Positions 48,540 to 57,726 are shown, numbered from the stretch's first letter. The stretch is DNA of 64,000 nucleotides from Polyangiales bacterium (GCA_044229975.1 JBGARZ010000019.1:53205-117204), one strand, 5' to 3'. Notes: generated from the sequence alone by a model not told the origin. A program made the numbers and translations.

Positions 48540-48690
48540 GAGAAGCCGCAAGGGCGCAGGGGTCGCAAGGGAGAGGGGACGGTGGTGGTGCTCGAAATGT
48601 CACCCGCGGTGAGCGACTTCGTTCGCCCCCAAACCTTTCGTGACACCAGATTCCGTCTTCCTTGCGACCCCTGCGCCCTTGCGGCCTCTC
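48540..48690. repeat. 31-bp inverted repeat (30/31, 26-bp perfect core) around an 89-bp spacer
   Basis: gagaagccgcaagggcgcaggggtcgcaagg (48540-48570) versus ccttgcgacccctgcgcccttgcggcctctc (48660-48690). Confidence 0.85.
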
Positions 48691-48705
48691 CTCCGATGAC
48701 GGCCT

Positions 48706-50163
48706 ATGATCCCGCCGGTCATGCGCTCGCTCCCCATCGCCGTCGCCATCGCGCTTACGGCTGCCTGCCACCATCCGCCCGTCGCCACGCTACCGCCGCC
48801 GCTGCCACCGCCACCACCAGCGCCACCGTCGCTGCCCGCGTCACCCATGGTGCATGTGCACGTGCGGCTCGACACCGCGCAGCCCGCGGTCGGCAGCCTG
48901 TTCGTCACCTGGCTCACGACCGACGAGTGGACGGCCCTCTCGGAGCGCGGAGCCCTCGGACCCATCGTCGACATGATGCCCCGCGCGGTCGTGACCTCCG
49001 CCCGACTGGGCGCGGGCGAGGCCCCCGTCGACGTCGCGCTCCCTGGTGCGGTGCCCGATGGCGCGGTGACCTTCGCGGTCTTCGACACGCAGCACCGCTT
49101 CTTCGACAACCTCTTCGGCAATGACGTTGCGGGCGACGCGCTGGGTCGCGGCTTCGTCACCGACCGCGCCTCCGAGCTGCGACTCAGGACCATCGGCGCC
49201 CCACGACCGGAGGCCGATCGCTGCGTCGGTGACCGCTGGCAGCGCCTCGTCGTGGAGTCGCCCGACGTCGCCGGGTCCATCGGCAACCCGACGGCGCGGC
49301 GGCTCTGCGTGCGCCTGCCCGCGAGCTATGCGACGGCGCCCCGGCGGCGCTACCCGGTGGTCTATCTGCTGCCCGGATTGATGGGCAACGAGGACGCCGC
49401 GCGCCACGCCGACGACGCGCCCGACGGCGCCCGCGAGGCGATCTACGTGGGCATCGACACGAGCACCCGCGCGGGGTCGAGCTACCTCGTCGACGGACCC
49501 GTCACGGGCGCCTGGGAGCGCTTCATGATCGACGGGGTGGTCGCGACCGTCGACGCGCGCTTTCGAACGATCCGCGACGGGCAGGCGCGGGCGCTGGCGG
49601 GGCACTCGACGGGCGGCTTCGACGCGGTGTCGCTGGCGATGCGTCGGCCCGAGGTGTTTGGGGCGGTGGGCGCCTCGTCGCCCGACGCGCTCGACTTTGC
49701 GCACTGGATGCTCGGCGAAGACGGTCGCGCCCGTCCGCTGTGGCTCGGGTGGGTCCGCGTCGAGGATGCGGTCGGCCCGCCGGGGCAGTTCGCGAGCTAC
49801 GGCGCCGACTGGTCGCCCGATGCCAACGAGCGGCGCGGATACGCGTGGCCGGTGGACCTCGCGACGGGCGAGGTGGTCCCCGCCGTGTGGTCGCGGTGGC
49901 TGACGCACAGTCCGGTGACGTGGCTCGACCAGGCCGACGGGCTGGCGCGGGCGCGTCGCCTCGCGGGGCGCATCTACCTGACCTGCGGGCGCGCCGATGA
50001 AGCACGGCTCTTCGAGCCGACAGAGCGCTTCGCCCAGGCGCTCGATCGGGTGGGCATCGCGCATGTGTGGGCGCCGCGCGAATGGGGCCACCTCGGGCAT
50101 CGGCGCGAGCGGTGGGAGCCGCTGCTGGCGCACCTGCTGTCGGTGATGACCGCCGCGCGGTAG
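48706..50163 (+). CDS. Esterase-family alpha/beta hydrolase lipoprotein (putative esterase/enterochelin-esterase-like)
   Basis: Lipobox IALTAAC (alt ATG 48721), Pro-rich linker. YPVVYLLPG and nucleophile elbow LAGHSTGGFDA. Confidence 0.7.
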   Translation: MIPPVMRSLPIAVAIALTAACHHPPVATLPPPLPPPPPAPPSLPASPMVHVHVRLDTAQPAVGSLFVTWLTTDEWTALSERGALGPIVDMMPRAVVTSARLGAGEAPVDVALPGAVPDGAVTFAVFDTQHRFFDNLFGNDVAGDALGRGFVTDRASELRLRTIGAPRPEADRCVGDRWQRLVVESPDVAGSIGNPTARRLCVRLPASYATAPRRRYPVVYLLPGLMGNEDAARHADDAPDGAREAIYVGIDTSTRAGSSYLVDGPVTGAWERFMIDGVVATVDARFRTIRDGQARALAGHSTGGFDAVSLAMRRPEVFGAVGASSPDALDFAHWMLGEDGRARPLWLGWVRVEDAVGPPGQFASYGADWSPDANERRGYAWPVDLATGEVVPAVWSRWLTHSPVTWLDQADGLARARRLAGRIYLTCGRADEARLFEPTERFAQALDRVGIAHVWAPREWGHLGHRRERWEPLLAHLLSVMTAAR

Positions 50164-50172
50164 CGCGCGAGC

Positions 50173-50739
50173 CTATTGGTGGTGGTCGGCCACGGCGTAG
50201 CGGCCGAAGAGGTTGAGGTACCGCTCGCCGAAGCGCACGAGGGTGACGTCGTCGAGGGAGACGCGGGTGACGGCGCCTTCGAGCGTTCCGTCGACGTGGA
50301 CGTAGTGCATCGCGACGCTGTCGACGTCGTCGTCGGGGACGAGCTCGCCCAGGAAGAAGCCCGAGCCGTCGCCGCGCTCGCACTCCACGATGGCGAAGCG
50401 GTGCTTCGCGCGAACGGCTGCCATCACCGCGCGCCACGAGCTCAGCGGGAGGTCGGGCGTGGTGAGTCCCTCCAGCGATTTTTCCCCGTGCAGCACGCGG
50501 CGAAAGAAGCGCTCGGCGCTGCCGTTGCGCACCTCCGTGAGGTCGCGCACGCGCATCACCGCGAAGCCATCGAGGTCGAAGTCGTGGAGCGTTCGCACCA
50601 GCAGCAGGTCGCCGTCGAGCGAGAGGGGGAAGCCGTTCCAGGTGGGGTTTCCGGCGAAGCCACGCGCGAGCTGAACGTTGTCGCCGCGATCGATCGCCCG
50701 CTCCAGGGCCGCGACGATCGCCTCATGGTCGTCTGACAT
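50173..50739 (-). CDS. Hypothetical cytoplasmic protein
   Basis: ATG 50739 (MSDDHEAIVAALERAIDRGD...). 188 aa, no motif recognised. The ORF-track extension to 51027 is rejected. Confidence 0.5.
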   Translation of the reverse strand: MSDDHEAIVAALERAIDRGDNVQLARGFAGNPTWNGFPLSLDGDLLLVRTLHDFDLDGFAVMRVRDLTEVRNGSAERFFRRVLHGEKSLEGLTTPDLPLSSWRAVMAAVRAKHRFAIVECERGDGSGFFLGELVPDDDVDSVAMHYVHVDGTLEGAVTRVSLDDVTLVRFGERYLNLFGRYAVADHHQ

Positions 50740-50785
50740 CGGCGCGCACCGTACACGATGCGGGGCTGCGCTATCGTGGCGACCG

Positions 50786-51694
50786 ATGGAGCCCCCGTGG
50801 CCGGTCTGGATCCCGTGGCCCCTGCTCGTCGTCGGCGCGACGCTCGGCGCCGTGTATGTGTTTCGTGTCATCGGGGCGTCCATCAACGCGGCGGTCTTCG
50901 CGATGGTGGTGCGCAAGCTCCTGGCCGCGGCCAATGTCGACCGCACGCTGAAGCTCTGCCGCGCCGCGAGCCCCGCGCCCGTCGCCGCCGCCGTACACGC
51001 CGCCGTGGTCGCGTGCGGGAAGGGCATCGCCCACGACCACTCCGCCGCGGACTACCGCAGCGCCGGCGACCTCTCCCCCGAGCGCGTGCTCGCCCCGGTG
51101 CGCGCGGCCTACGACGCGGCCTTCGCGGCGTCCGCGTCACGTGTCCGCTACGCCCGCTACGCGGCGATCGTCAGCGCGTTGCTGCTCGTCGCGGCGCTGG
51201 CCCTCGCGTTGTCCCACCCGTCGGGCGAGCCGCTGCCCGCGGTCGGGGCCGGCCTCGGCCTGCTCCTGCTCGCGTGGGCTGCGCTGCGGGAGCGCGCCAT
51301 CCTGTTCTCGCGCGGCGCAACCTACGTGGTGCTCGCGGAGGGCTTCGACACGCTCATCCGTGACCCGTCGCGCGTCCCGGTCGCGACACCGCTGACGCGC
51401 GTGCGGGTGGCCTTCGAGGTGAGCGAGCCGGGGCGCCCGATGCGCGTGGTGGAGTCCGACTCCGACGTCATCAAGATCGGATCGATGGAGACCGCGCAGG
51501 TGTGCCTCGACGCGCCGGGCGTCTCTCGCATGCACGCGGTGGTGGAGTGCGCGGACGACGGGTTCTCGGTCATCGATCTCGGTGGCCGACCGACGACGCG
51601 GGTGAACGGCGAGGCCGTGAACAAGCGCGAGCTCTCCGACGGCGACGTGCTCTCCATCGGCGACGCCGAGCTGCGCGTGCGGCTCTACGGCTGA
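50786..51694 (+). CDS. Membrane protein with C-terminal FHA domain
   Basis: ATG 50786. N-terminal and central TM segments. FHA block VIKIGSMETAQVCLDAPGVSRMHAVVECADDGFSVIDLGGRPTTRVNGEAV...GDVLSIGDAELRV. Confidence 0.75.
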   Translation: MEPPWPVWIPWPLLVVGATLGAVYVFRVIGASINAAVFAMVVRKLLAAANVDRTLKLCRAASPAPVAAAVHAAVVACGKGIAHDHSAADYRSAGDLSPERVLAPVRAAYDAAFAASASRVRYARYAAIVSALLLVAALALALSHPSGEPLPAVGAGLGLLLLAWAALRERAILFSRGATYVVLAEGFDTLIRDPSRVPVATPLTRVRVAFEVSEPGRPMRVVESDSDVIKIGSMETAQVCLDAPGVSRMHAVVECADDGFSVIDLGGRPTTRVNGEAVNKRELSDGDVLSIGDAELRVRLYG

Positions 51695-51833
51695 CGATCT
51701 GCGCTCTCGGGTGGTGGGCTCCTGCGCGCCGTCCGGTCGCAGTGCCCCGCGCCGAGCGGGTCGATGGACGTCGCGGCGCAGCTTTCAGGTGCATTCAGGT
51801 CGAGGCCCCGATCGACGCTCGTACCGTTGGCCG

Positions 51834-52844
51834 ATGACCAACCAGGGACAAGACCTCGCGCAGTGGTTTCACCGCTCGCTCCTTCCGCCGGTGCTCGAAG
51901 CGGGTGAGGTGATCGGCCTCATCGGGAAGGCGACGTGCGACGGACCCGTCACCCGCGACGCCAGCGGCCGGATCGTCGGGCTCTTCAGCGGAATGAAGTG
52001 GGCGGGCCAGACCTCGGACGCCAACGCGGATGCGTTCATCGTCTTCACGTCGACGCGCGTCCTCCTGATGCCGGGCTTCGTGTTCATGAGCGAGCACGGG
52101 CAGCAGAACATCGTCTACGGACTCAGCAGCATCCGCTGGTCGGCGGTCACGCGGATCAACGTTCCGTCCGAGGCGATCTCCGGGCAGAAGCGCTACCTCA
52201 ACCTCCACCTCTACGACCCCAGCAACCCCAACGGCTTCACCGTCGTGAAGCTCGCCATCTGGTTCAAGGACGACGGCATCGCGACGCAGCGCGACTTCTT
52301 CGATCGGGCCGCCGCCGTCGCCCAGGAGCGGGTGCAGTCTGCGCAGGCCGCGCGCGTCCCCGCTCCGCCGCGCGCGTGGGACGTCCTCTTCTGCAACGAG
52401 ATCAACGATCGACCCGACATGGACGCGCTGGCCGCCGTGAAGCGGGCCGAGCGCGCCGCGGCCCACGCGAAGCGCTACTCCCCGAAGAACGTCCTCCGCG
52501 CCGGAAGCGTCCTGGCGCTCCTGGCGGCGCTCGGTGCCGCGGGCGCCGCCGCGAACCAGTGGTCCGAACACATCGACTCCATCGACGACACGCGACGGGT
52601 GCAGGACTCGCTCCGGCGCGAGGAGGGCCGCTCCTCCGCTCTCTCCCGCGCGGAGACGGAGTTCTATCGGCTTCGAGACGAGAACCGCCTCTCGTACCTC
52701 CGCCGGAAGACCGACAAGACGATGGCGCAGGGCGTCGCCCTCTCGGTCGCGGTGGTCTCCCTCGCCGCGTTGTCCGCGTGGTTGTTCGTGCGCGCGAAGA
52801 AGCTGCCATCGACCGAAGCGGGAGCGGCCCTCGCTCCGGCGTAG
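51834..52844 (+). CDS. Hypothetical membrane-anchored protein (PH/GRAM-like N-domain suspected, two C-terminal TM segments)
   Basis: ATG 51834 (MTNQGQDLAQWF...). Hydrophobic segments SVLALLAALGAAGAAA and GVALSVAVVSLAALSAWLFV. No catalytic motif. Confidence 0.5.
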   Translation: MTNQGQDLAQWFHRSLLPPVLEAGEVIGLIGKATCDGPVTRDASGRIVGLFSGMKWAGQTSDANADAFIVFTSTRVLLMPGFVFMSEHGQQNIVYGLSSIRWSAVTRINVPSEAISGQKRYLNLHLYDPSNPNGFTVVKLAIWFKDDGIATQRDFFDRAAAVAQERVQSAQAARVPAPPRAWDVLFCNEINDRPDMDALAAVKRAERAAAHAKRYSPKNVLRAGSVLALLAALGAAGAAANQWSEHIDSIDDTRRVQDSLRREEGRSSALSRAETEFYRLRDENRLSYLRRKTDKTMAQGVALSVAVVSLAALSAWLFVRAKKLPSTEAGAALAPA

Positions 52845-52891
52845 GTGACGGGCGGTTCGCACGGACGGCACCCACGGCGTAGCGTCGCACC

Positions 52892-53416
52892 GTGACCTCC
52901 CCACCGACCCGATCAGGTTCATCGCCCGCGCTCCTCATCGCAGGCGCCTTTGTCGTCGTGCTCGGTGGCATCGGCACCTGCGCGGCGTACTTCCTCGCGC
53001 CACGCGGCGAGCGCGTCGGCGCGATCGATCTCATCGCCCACGCTCCGATCACCGTGAACCTCGCCGCGCGGAGCAAGCTCTCCTTCCGCCTCGACGCGAC
53101 GCTGCCGTCTCCGACCAACGAGCACAGCTCCCGATCGAAGCGCAACGCCGTCTACAACACGCTCGGCGAGTCACGGCTCGTGGTCACCGTGACGCGCGAA
53201 GGTGGTGCGCCGCAGGTGACCCGCTGTGCGGCGTACGAGGGGCGCTTCGTGTCGGCGAGCGACACCAACACCGAGGTCGCGGTGACCGGCATCCCGCTGA
53301 CGTGCGCGATCGATGACGCGAGCCCCGGGCGCTACACGATCACGGCGCAGGCGACCTGGGCGCGTGGCGTGACGGCGCGGCGGGCCTCGTTGGAAGTGCG
53401 CGCAGAGTCGCGCTGA
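52892..53416 (+). CDS. Hypothetical single-pass membrane protein
   Basis: GTG 52892 with TM segment ALLIAGAFVVVLGGIGTCAAYFL. 174 aa. Confidence 0.45.
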   Translation: MTSPPTRSGSSPALLIAGAFVVVLGGIGTCAAYFLAPRGERVGAIDLIAHAPITVNLAARSKLSFRLDATLPSPTNEHSSRSKRNAVYNTLGESRLVVTVTREGGAPQVTRCAAYEGRFVSASDTNTEVAVTGIPLTCAIDDASPGRYTITAQATWARGVTARRASLEVRAESR

Positions 53417-53447
53417 GGTCTATCCTGCGCCGACGAAGGGCGCTCGA

Positions 53448-55715
53448 TCAGTCGCAGGTGGAGGCCGCGCAGACGGCGGGCGGCGCCTCGGGGCAGCGGC
53501 CGTCGACGAGCTGGATCGCGTCGAAGTCCGCGGTGCCCGGCGACCCGGCGACGAAGATCTCGGTCTTCAGCACGACGTGCGTGTAGCTCGGCATCGTGAA
53601 CTCGCGCGCATACCAGTGCCACTGCCCGTCGGGTCGCACCGGCGACACCGGAACCGCGAAGCCCGACGGGTAGCACTCGTTGCCGATGAGCCAGTGTTCG
53701 GTGCCGACGGTGCCGCTCGCGTTGGAGGCGTTGATGCCGAGGAAGGGCTGGGTGCTGGCGCTCCCGCGGATCCACGCCGACAGGCAGTACACCTGCCCCG
53801 CCCGCACCGGGATGCCCGCGCGCGTGAAGGTGCGCCCGCCGCTGAAGAGAACCGTCTCCCGCATGAACGGCCCGCGGCACGCGCTGCCATCGCTCATCAC
53901 GACGATCGGCCCGCCGTCGACCGTGCGCCACGCCGTGGTGGTGTCCCAGGGCTCGACGAAGGCCTGGGTGCCGCACACGTTGCAGGCGCTCCCCGAGCAC
54001 GACCGCGTCGGCAGGCAGGTGTTGCTCTCGCAGACGCCGTAGGTGCACGTGGTGTTCGTCGGGCAGACGTTGCCGCACGCGCCGCAGTTGGCGTTTTCGG
54101 TGTTGAGGTTGCGGCACACGCCGCCGCAGTTGCGCTCGCGGACGCCGCAGCACAGCCCCGCCTCGCACTGCCGACCGCTCGCGCAGGCGTTGTTGCACGC
54201 GCCGCAGTGGGTGGCGCTGGAGAGCGGGTCGACCTCGCAGCCGTTGCTCGCGACACCGTCGCAGTCGAGGTAAGCCCCGTCGCAGGTCAGGCCGCACGCG
54301 CTGCCCGCGCAGGTCGCGGTGCTACGGGCGCCCATCGGGCAGACGCGCGCGCACATCCCGCAATGAGCCACCGTGGTGCGGGTGTCGATCTCGCATCCGT
54401 TGCTCGCGTCACCGTCGCAGTCGGCGTAGCCCGCGTCGCAGGTGAAGGCGCACGTCCCGCCGCCGCAGGTGGCGGTGGCGTTGGCGCGCGCCGGGCACGC
54501 TCCGCCGCAGCGTCCGCAGTGGGCGGTCGACGACCCGAGGGTCACCTCGCAGCCGTTGGTCGCGTCGCCGTCGCAGTCGCCGAAGCCGTCGTTGCAGCGC
54601 AGACCGCACGCGCCCGTCGCGCAGGTGGCCGAGGCGTTGGCGGGCGTCGGGCACATGGTTCCGCACGCGCCGCAGTGGGTGAGCGTGATGCGGGTGTCGA
54701 CCTCGCAGCCGTTGCTCACGTCGCCGTCGCAGTTGGCGAAGCCGTCCGCGCAGGAGCTCACGCCGCACACGCCCGCGACGCAGGCTGCGGTGCCGCTGGC
54801 GACCATGCAGGTGTTGCCGCACGTTCCGCAGTGGGTGGCGTCGGTGGCGAGCGTGACCTCGCAGCCGTTGCTCGGGTCACTGTCGCAATCGGCGAAGCCC
54901 GCGTTGCAGGCGTAGGCGCACGCGCCCGTCGCGCAGCTCGCGGTGCTGTTGGCGCGGGCGGCGCACGCCCTGCCGCAGCCGCCGCAGTGCATCACGTCGG
55001 TGGAGGTGTCGGTCTCGCACCCGTTGCTCGCCGCGCTGTCGCAGTCGCCGAAGCGGCCGGTGCAGGTCGCGACCGCGCACGCTCCGCCGACGCAGGCCGC
55101 GGCGCCGTTGGCGATGGCGCAGGCCATCCCGCAGCCGCCGCAGTGGGCGGTGTTGCTCTGCGCGTCGACGCAGGCGCCTGTGCAGCAGGTCGTGGCCGCG
55201 GGGCAGGCTTGCGTGGGGCTGCACCCGGCGACGCACTCGTTGCCCGCGCACACCCGACCCGCCGGGCAGTGGGCGTCGGTGGTGCAGGCCACGCACTGGC
55301 GCGTGGTGGTGTTGCAGCGAAGGGAGGACGCACCGCCGTCGTCGCCCGCGCGGGCGCACGCCGCGTCGTCGCGACAGCCCGCGACGCAGCGGAAGGTGGC
55401 GCCCTCGCAGTACTGGCCCGACGGGCAGGTGTCGGTGGCGGGGGTGCAGGTCACGCAGCGCCCCGAGGCGACGTCGCAGGCGAAGTAGCCGAGCTCGTGG
55501 CCGCGGCAGTCGTCGTCGCGGTTGCATCGCAGGGTGCCCGCGTCGACGGGCGGTCGGTCGACGGGCGGGATGTCCATGCCGGTGTCGAGCGCGACGTCGA
55601 GGCCGAGGTCGGTGCCGACATCGGCGACGGCGGCGTCGTCGGGTGGGCCTCCGACGACGGAGCGGCCCGCGCAACCGAGCGCCATCAGCGCGACCAGCAG
55701 GAGTGTTTGGCGCAT
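53448..55715 (-). CDS. Cysteine-rich repeat lipoprotein with C-terminal jelly-roll (CBM-like) domain
   Basis: ATG 55715 (MRQTLLLVALMALGC). Six to seven 52-aa repeats HCGxCGxxC...C..G.C...C..GFaDCDgd.sNGCE. C-terminal about 190 aa are Cys-poor and beta-rich. Confidence 0.75.
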   Translation of the reverse strand: MRQTLLLVALMALGCAGRSVVGGPPDDAAVADVGTDLGLDVALDTGMDIPPVDRPPVDAGTLRCNRDDDCRGHELGYFACDVASGRCVTCTPATDTCPSGQYCEGATFRCVAGCRDDAACARAGDDGGASSLRCNTTTRQCVACTTDAHCPAGRVCAGNECVAGCSPTQACPAATTCCTGACVDAQSNTAHCGGCGMACAIANGAAACVGGACAVATCTGRFGDCDSAASNGCETDTSTDVMHCGGCGRACAARANSTASCATGACAYACNAGFADCDSDPSNGCEVTLATDATHCGTCGNTCMVASGTAACVAGVCGVSSCADGFANCDGDVSNGCEVDTRITLTHCGACGTMCPTPANASATCATGACGLRCNDGFGDCDGDATNGCEVTLGSSTAHCGRCGGACPARANATATCGGGTCAFTCDAGYADCDGDASNGCEIDTRTTVAHCGMCARVCPMGARSTATCAGSACGLTCDGAYLDCDGVASNGCEVDPLSSATHCGACNNACASGRQCEAGLCCGVRERNCGGVCRNLNTENANCGACGNVCPTNTTCTYGVCESNTCLPTRSCSGSACNVCGTQAFVEPWDTTTAWRTVDGGPIVVMSDGSACRGPFMRETVLFSGGRTFTRAGIPVRAGQVYCLSAWIRGSASTQPFLGINASNASGTVGTEHWLIGNECYPSGFAVPVSPVRPDGQWHWYAREFTMPSYTHVVLKTEIFVAGSPGTADFDAIQLVDGRCPEAPPAVCAASTCD
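54171..55160. repeat. 156-bp (52-codon) in-frame tandem repeats, about 6.5 units
   Basis: The HCG motif recurs at protein positions 191, 243, 295, 347, 399, 451 and 503 of CDS 53448..55715. Confidence 0.8.
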
Positions 55716-55782
55716 GAGCCGACGGTGCCGACATCGCGCGAGGTGCGTCAAGGATCGGCGCAGGTCGACGTCGCCCGACCTG

Positions 55783-56493
55783 CTACCAATCGCGCCAGTC
55801 AAACGCGAAGGGGGTGGCGACGCGACGTGTGTCGAACGGCGCCCTTGTGCCCAGGCGCAAGAACACGCGGCCGTCGAACAGGTGTTGTGCATGGACCCAG
55901 ATGCCGTCGCCCCGCAGGCATGCCTCTCGCGGGTTCCCTTCGGGCATCGTTTCGAGACCGGCCGACACGAGACCGGCAATGATCGCGTCGAAGTCGGCCT
56001 TGTTGCCCGTCATCGCATGGAACCGATACGGGCAGCGAGCGAGCTCCATCGTGACGAAGACGCCGCACATCAACATCGACGAAAAGGAGTGACACAGCAG
56101 GCGGGGGTTGCCTCCCTCGTCGAGCAGATGGACCGCGGGGTCGTCGCCGTCGTCGAGAAAGACCGCGTAGAAGCAGGTCTGCATTCCGTCTGCGCCGAAG
56201 AGCAAGACGCGTCGACCGTCGTGCGTGAAGTCGATCCAGTCCAACGACCATGCTTCGGCGTCGGCGAATGAGACGTCCATTTCTCCATTGAACAATCCCG
56301 CCAGCGGGCGCCGTCCCATCAGACTCCAATATTCCCTCAAGGTTGCGGGTAAGGGTGCGCCGAGACGCTGCTGGAAATCGTCCAGATCGCGCTCCGCGAC
56401 TCCCGCCGCGTCCGGACCGTCATGCTCGGGGGACAACACCGTCAGGCGGTCGACGAATCTCTTCAGGACGACGACGTGAGTGGGCACTGGCAT
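55783..56493 (-). CDS. SMI1/KNR4 (SUKH superfamily) protein
   Basis: ATG 56493. Hallmark LDDFQQRLGAPLPATLREYWSLMG. 236 aa. Visibly less GC-rich than its neighbours (for example ccattgaacaatcc and ccaatattccctcaagg). Confidence 0.7.
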   Translation of the reverse strand: MPVPTHVVVLKRFVDRLTVLSPEHDGPDAAGVAERDLDDFQQRLGAPLPATLREYWSLMGRRPLAGLFNGEMDVSFADAEAWSLDWIDFTHDGRRVLLFGADGMQTCFYAVFLDDGDDPAVHLLDEGGNPRLLCHSFSSMLMCGVFVTMELARCPYRFHAMTGNKADFDAIIAGLVSAGLETMPEGNPREACLRGDGIWVHAQHLFDGRVFLRLGTRAPFDTRRVATPFAFDWRDW

Positions 56494-56741
56494 CAACCCG
56501 ACGCGGCTTGTGGCGAGAGTTGTTCGGAGCTGAACAAGCCGCTTCGTGGAGAGGTACCGCACGAAGACTGGCAGCGTCAGGGGCGCTCCCCCTCGCTCAC
56601 GCTCTGGGTCTGGCTCCAGGTTCTGGGACGTCTCGGTCGAACCGCGCGTCGGACCAGCGGGTTTCAGGTGACCAACCGACCCGATGAGGGCCTCGCGGCG
56701 CTCCGTCGCTGAGCCGTTCACCGAGCGGGCGTCGCGGCTCG

Positions 56742-57182
56742 TCAGGGTGAGCAGGCGGAGCTTCGCGGCAGGGGCATCGGGACGTGGAAGCGCACCTCGC
56801 GCGTGCCGTCGGTGAGGACATAGTCGCCCTCCGGCAGAGGCCCGGGCGTGCACTCCACGATCGGCGCAGAGCAAGCGGGAGGAATGGGGCCCGAGGGACA
56901 GTCGACGTCGACGGTGATGTGCCCTTGAACGCGCAGGGTGTTGCCCTCGCGCAGGACCGAGCAGGAGCTCGCCACCAACGTGTCGCAGATCGGGCGGCAC
57001 CGCTGCGACAGAGAGACACCGATCGAGACGCGCGTCGGTTGGTCGGTCACCAACGCCAGCCCTCCTGCGACGAAGCCGTTGGCCACGACGCAGATCTGAT
57101 CGAGGGTGAGCTCCTCCCTCCTCGGGCCGCAGGCGAGGAGCGCGGCGAGCGGAACGATCAATCGAAGCGTCGCGGGCGTCAT
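56742..57182 (-). CDS. Small Cys-containing lipoprotein
   Basis: ATG 57182 with lipobox LAALLACG. 146 aa. Confidence 0.5.
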   Translation of the reverse strand: MTPATLRLIVPLAALLACGPRREELTLDQICVVANGFVAGGLALVTDQPTRVSIGVSLSQRCRPICDTLVASSCSVLREGNTLRVQGHITVDVDCPSGPIPPACSAPIVECTPGPLPEGDYVLTDGTREVRFHVPMPLPRSSACSP

Positions 57183-57187
57183 GGGAC

Positions 57188-57724
57188 TCAGCGACACACC
57201 CCCGAATACCGGCTCACGTACTCGTAGCGGGGACAGTCCGTCGAGCTGCCGCGGCACTGCCCGGAGAGCGTGCACCAGTTGCAGCTCTGGCTGGAGGAGA
57301 TGCACGCGGCGCAGCCCGCAAGCGGGGTGCAGATGACCGAGCCGCAGGTGTCGCTGTCGGTCACGCGCGCGCCGGTGCACGGGTCACCCGCGGGCTGGCA
57401 GGTGTTGCTGGTCACGCACCATGCGCAGGTCTGGAGGGCGTTGCCGCACGAGCCACACGTCCGGAGGGCGCGGCAGTTGTCGGGGTCGGGACCCTCGCAG
57501 GTGGCGAAGCGCCACATGGGACAGGCGGCGCCCGTGGGGCCGAGGGAGGTGCCCGGCTGGCAGGTGTTGGTGCCGAGACACCAGCCGCAGCCCTCGCGGT
57601 CGGCGCAGGCGTCGCAGGTGGTGGCGCCGGTGCAGTCGGCGTCCGTTGGCTGGATGAGGCAGCCGACGTCGCCTGCGAGCCCGCCGAGGAGACCGAGGAC
57701 GACGACGAAGGGAGACGCGCGCAT
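57188..57724 (-). CDS. Secreted protein with three PSI (plexin-semaphorin-integrin)-like Cys repeats
   Basis: ATG 57724 with a signal peptide. Repeats CTGATTCDACADREGCGWCLGTNTCQPG, CRALRTCGSCGNALQTCAWCVTSNTCQP and CTPLAGCAACISSSQSCNWCTLSGQC. Confidence 0.6.
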   Translation of the reverse strand: MRASPFVVVLGLLGGLAGDVGCLIQPTDADCTGATTCDACADREGCGWCLGTNTCQPGTSLGPTGAACPMWRFATCEGPDPDNCRALRTCGSCGNALQTCAWCVTSNTCQPAGDPCTGARVTDSDTCGSVICTPLAGCAACISSSQSCNWCTLSGQCRGSSTDCPRYEYVSRYSGVCR

Positions 57725-57726
57725 GC

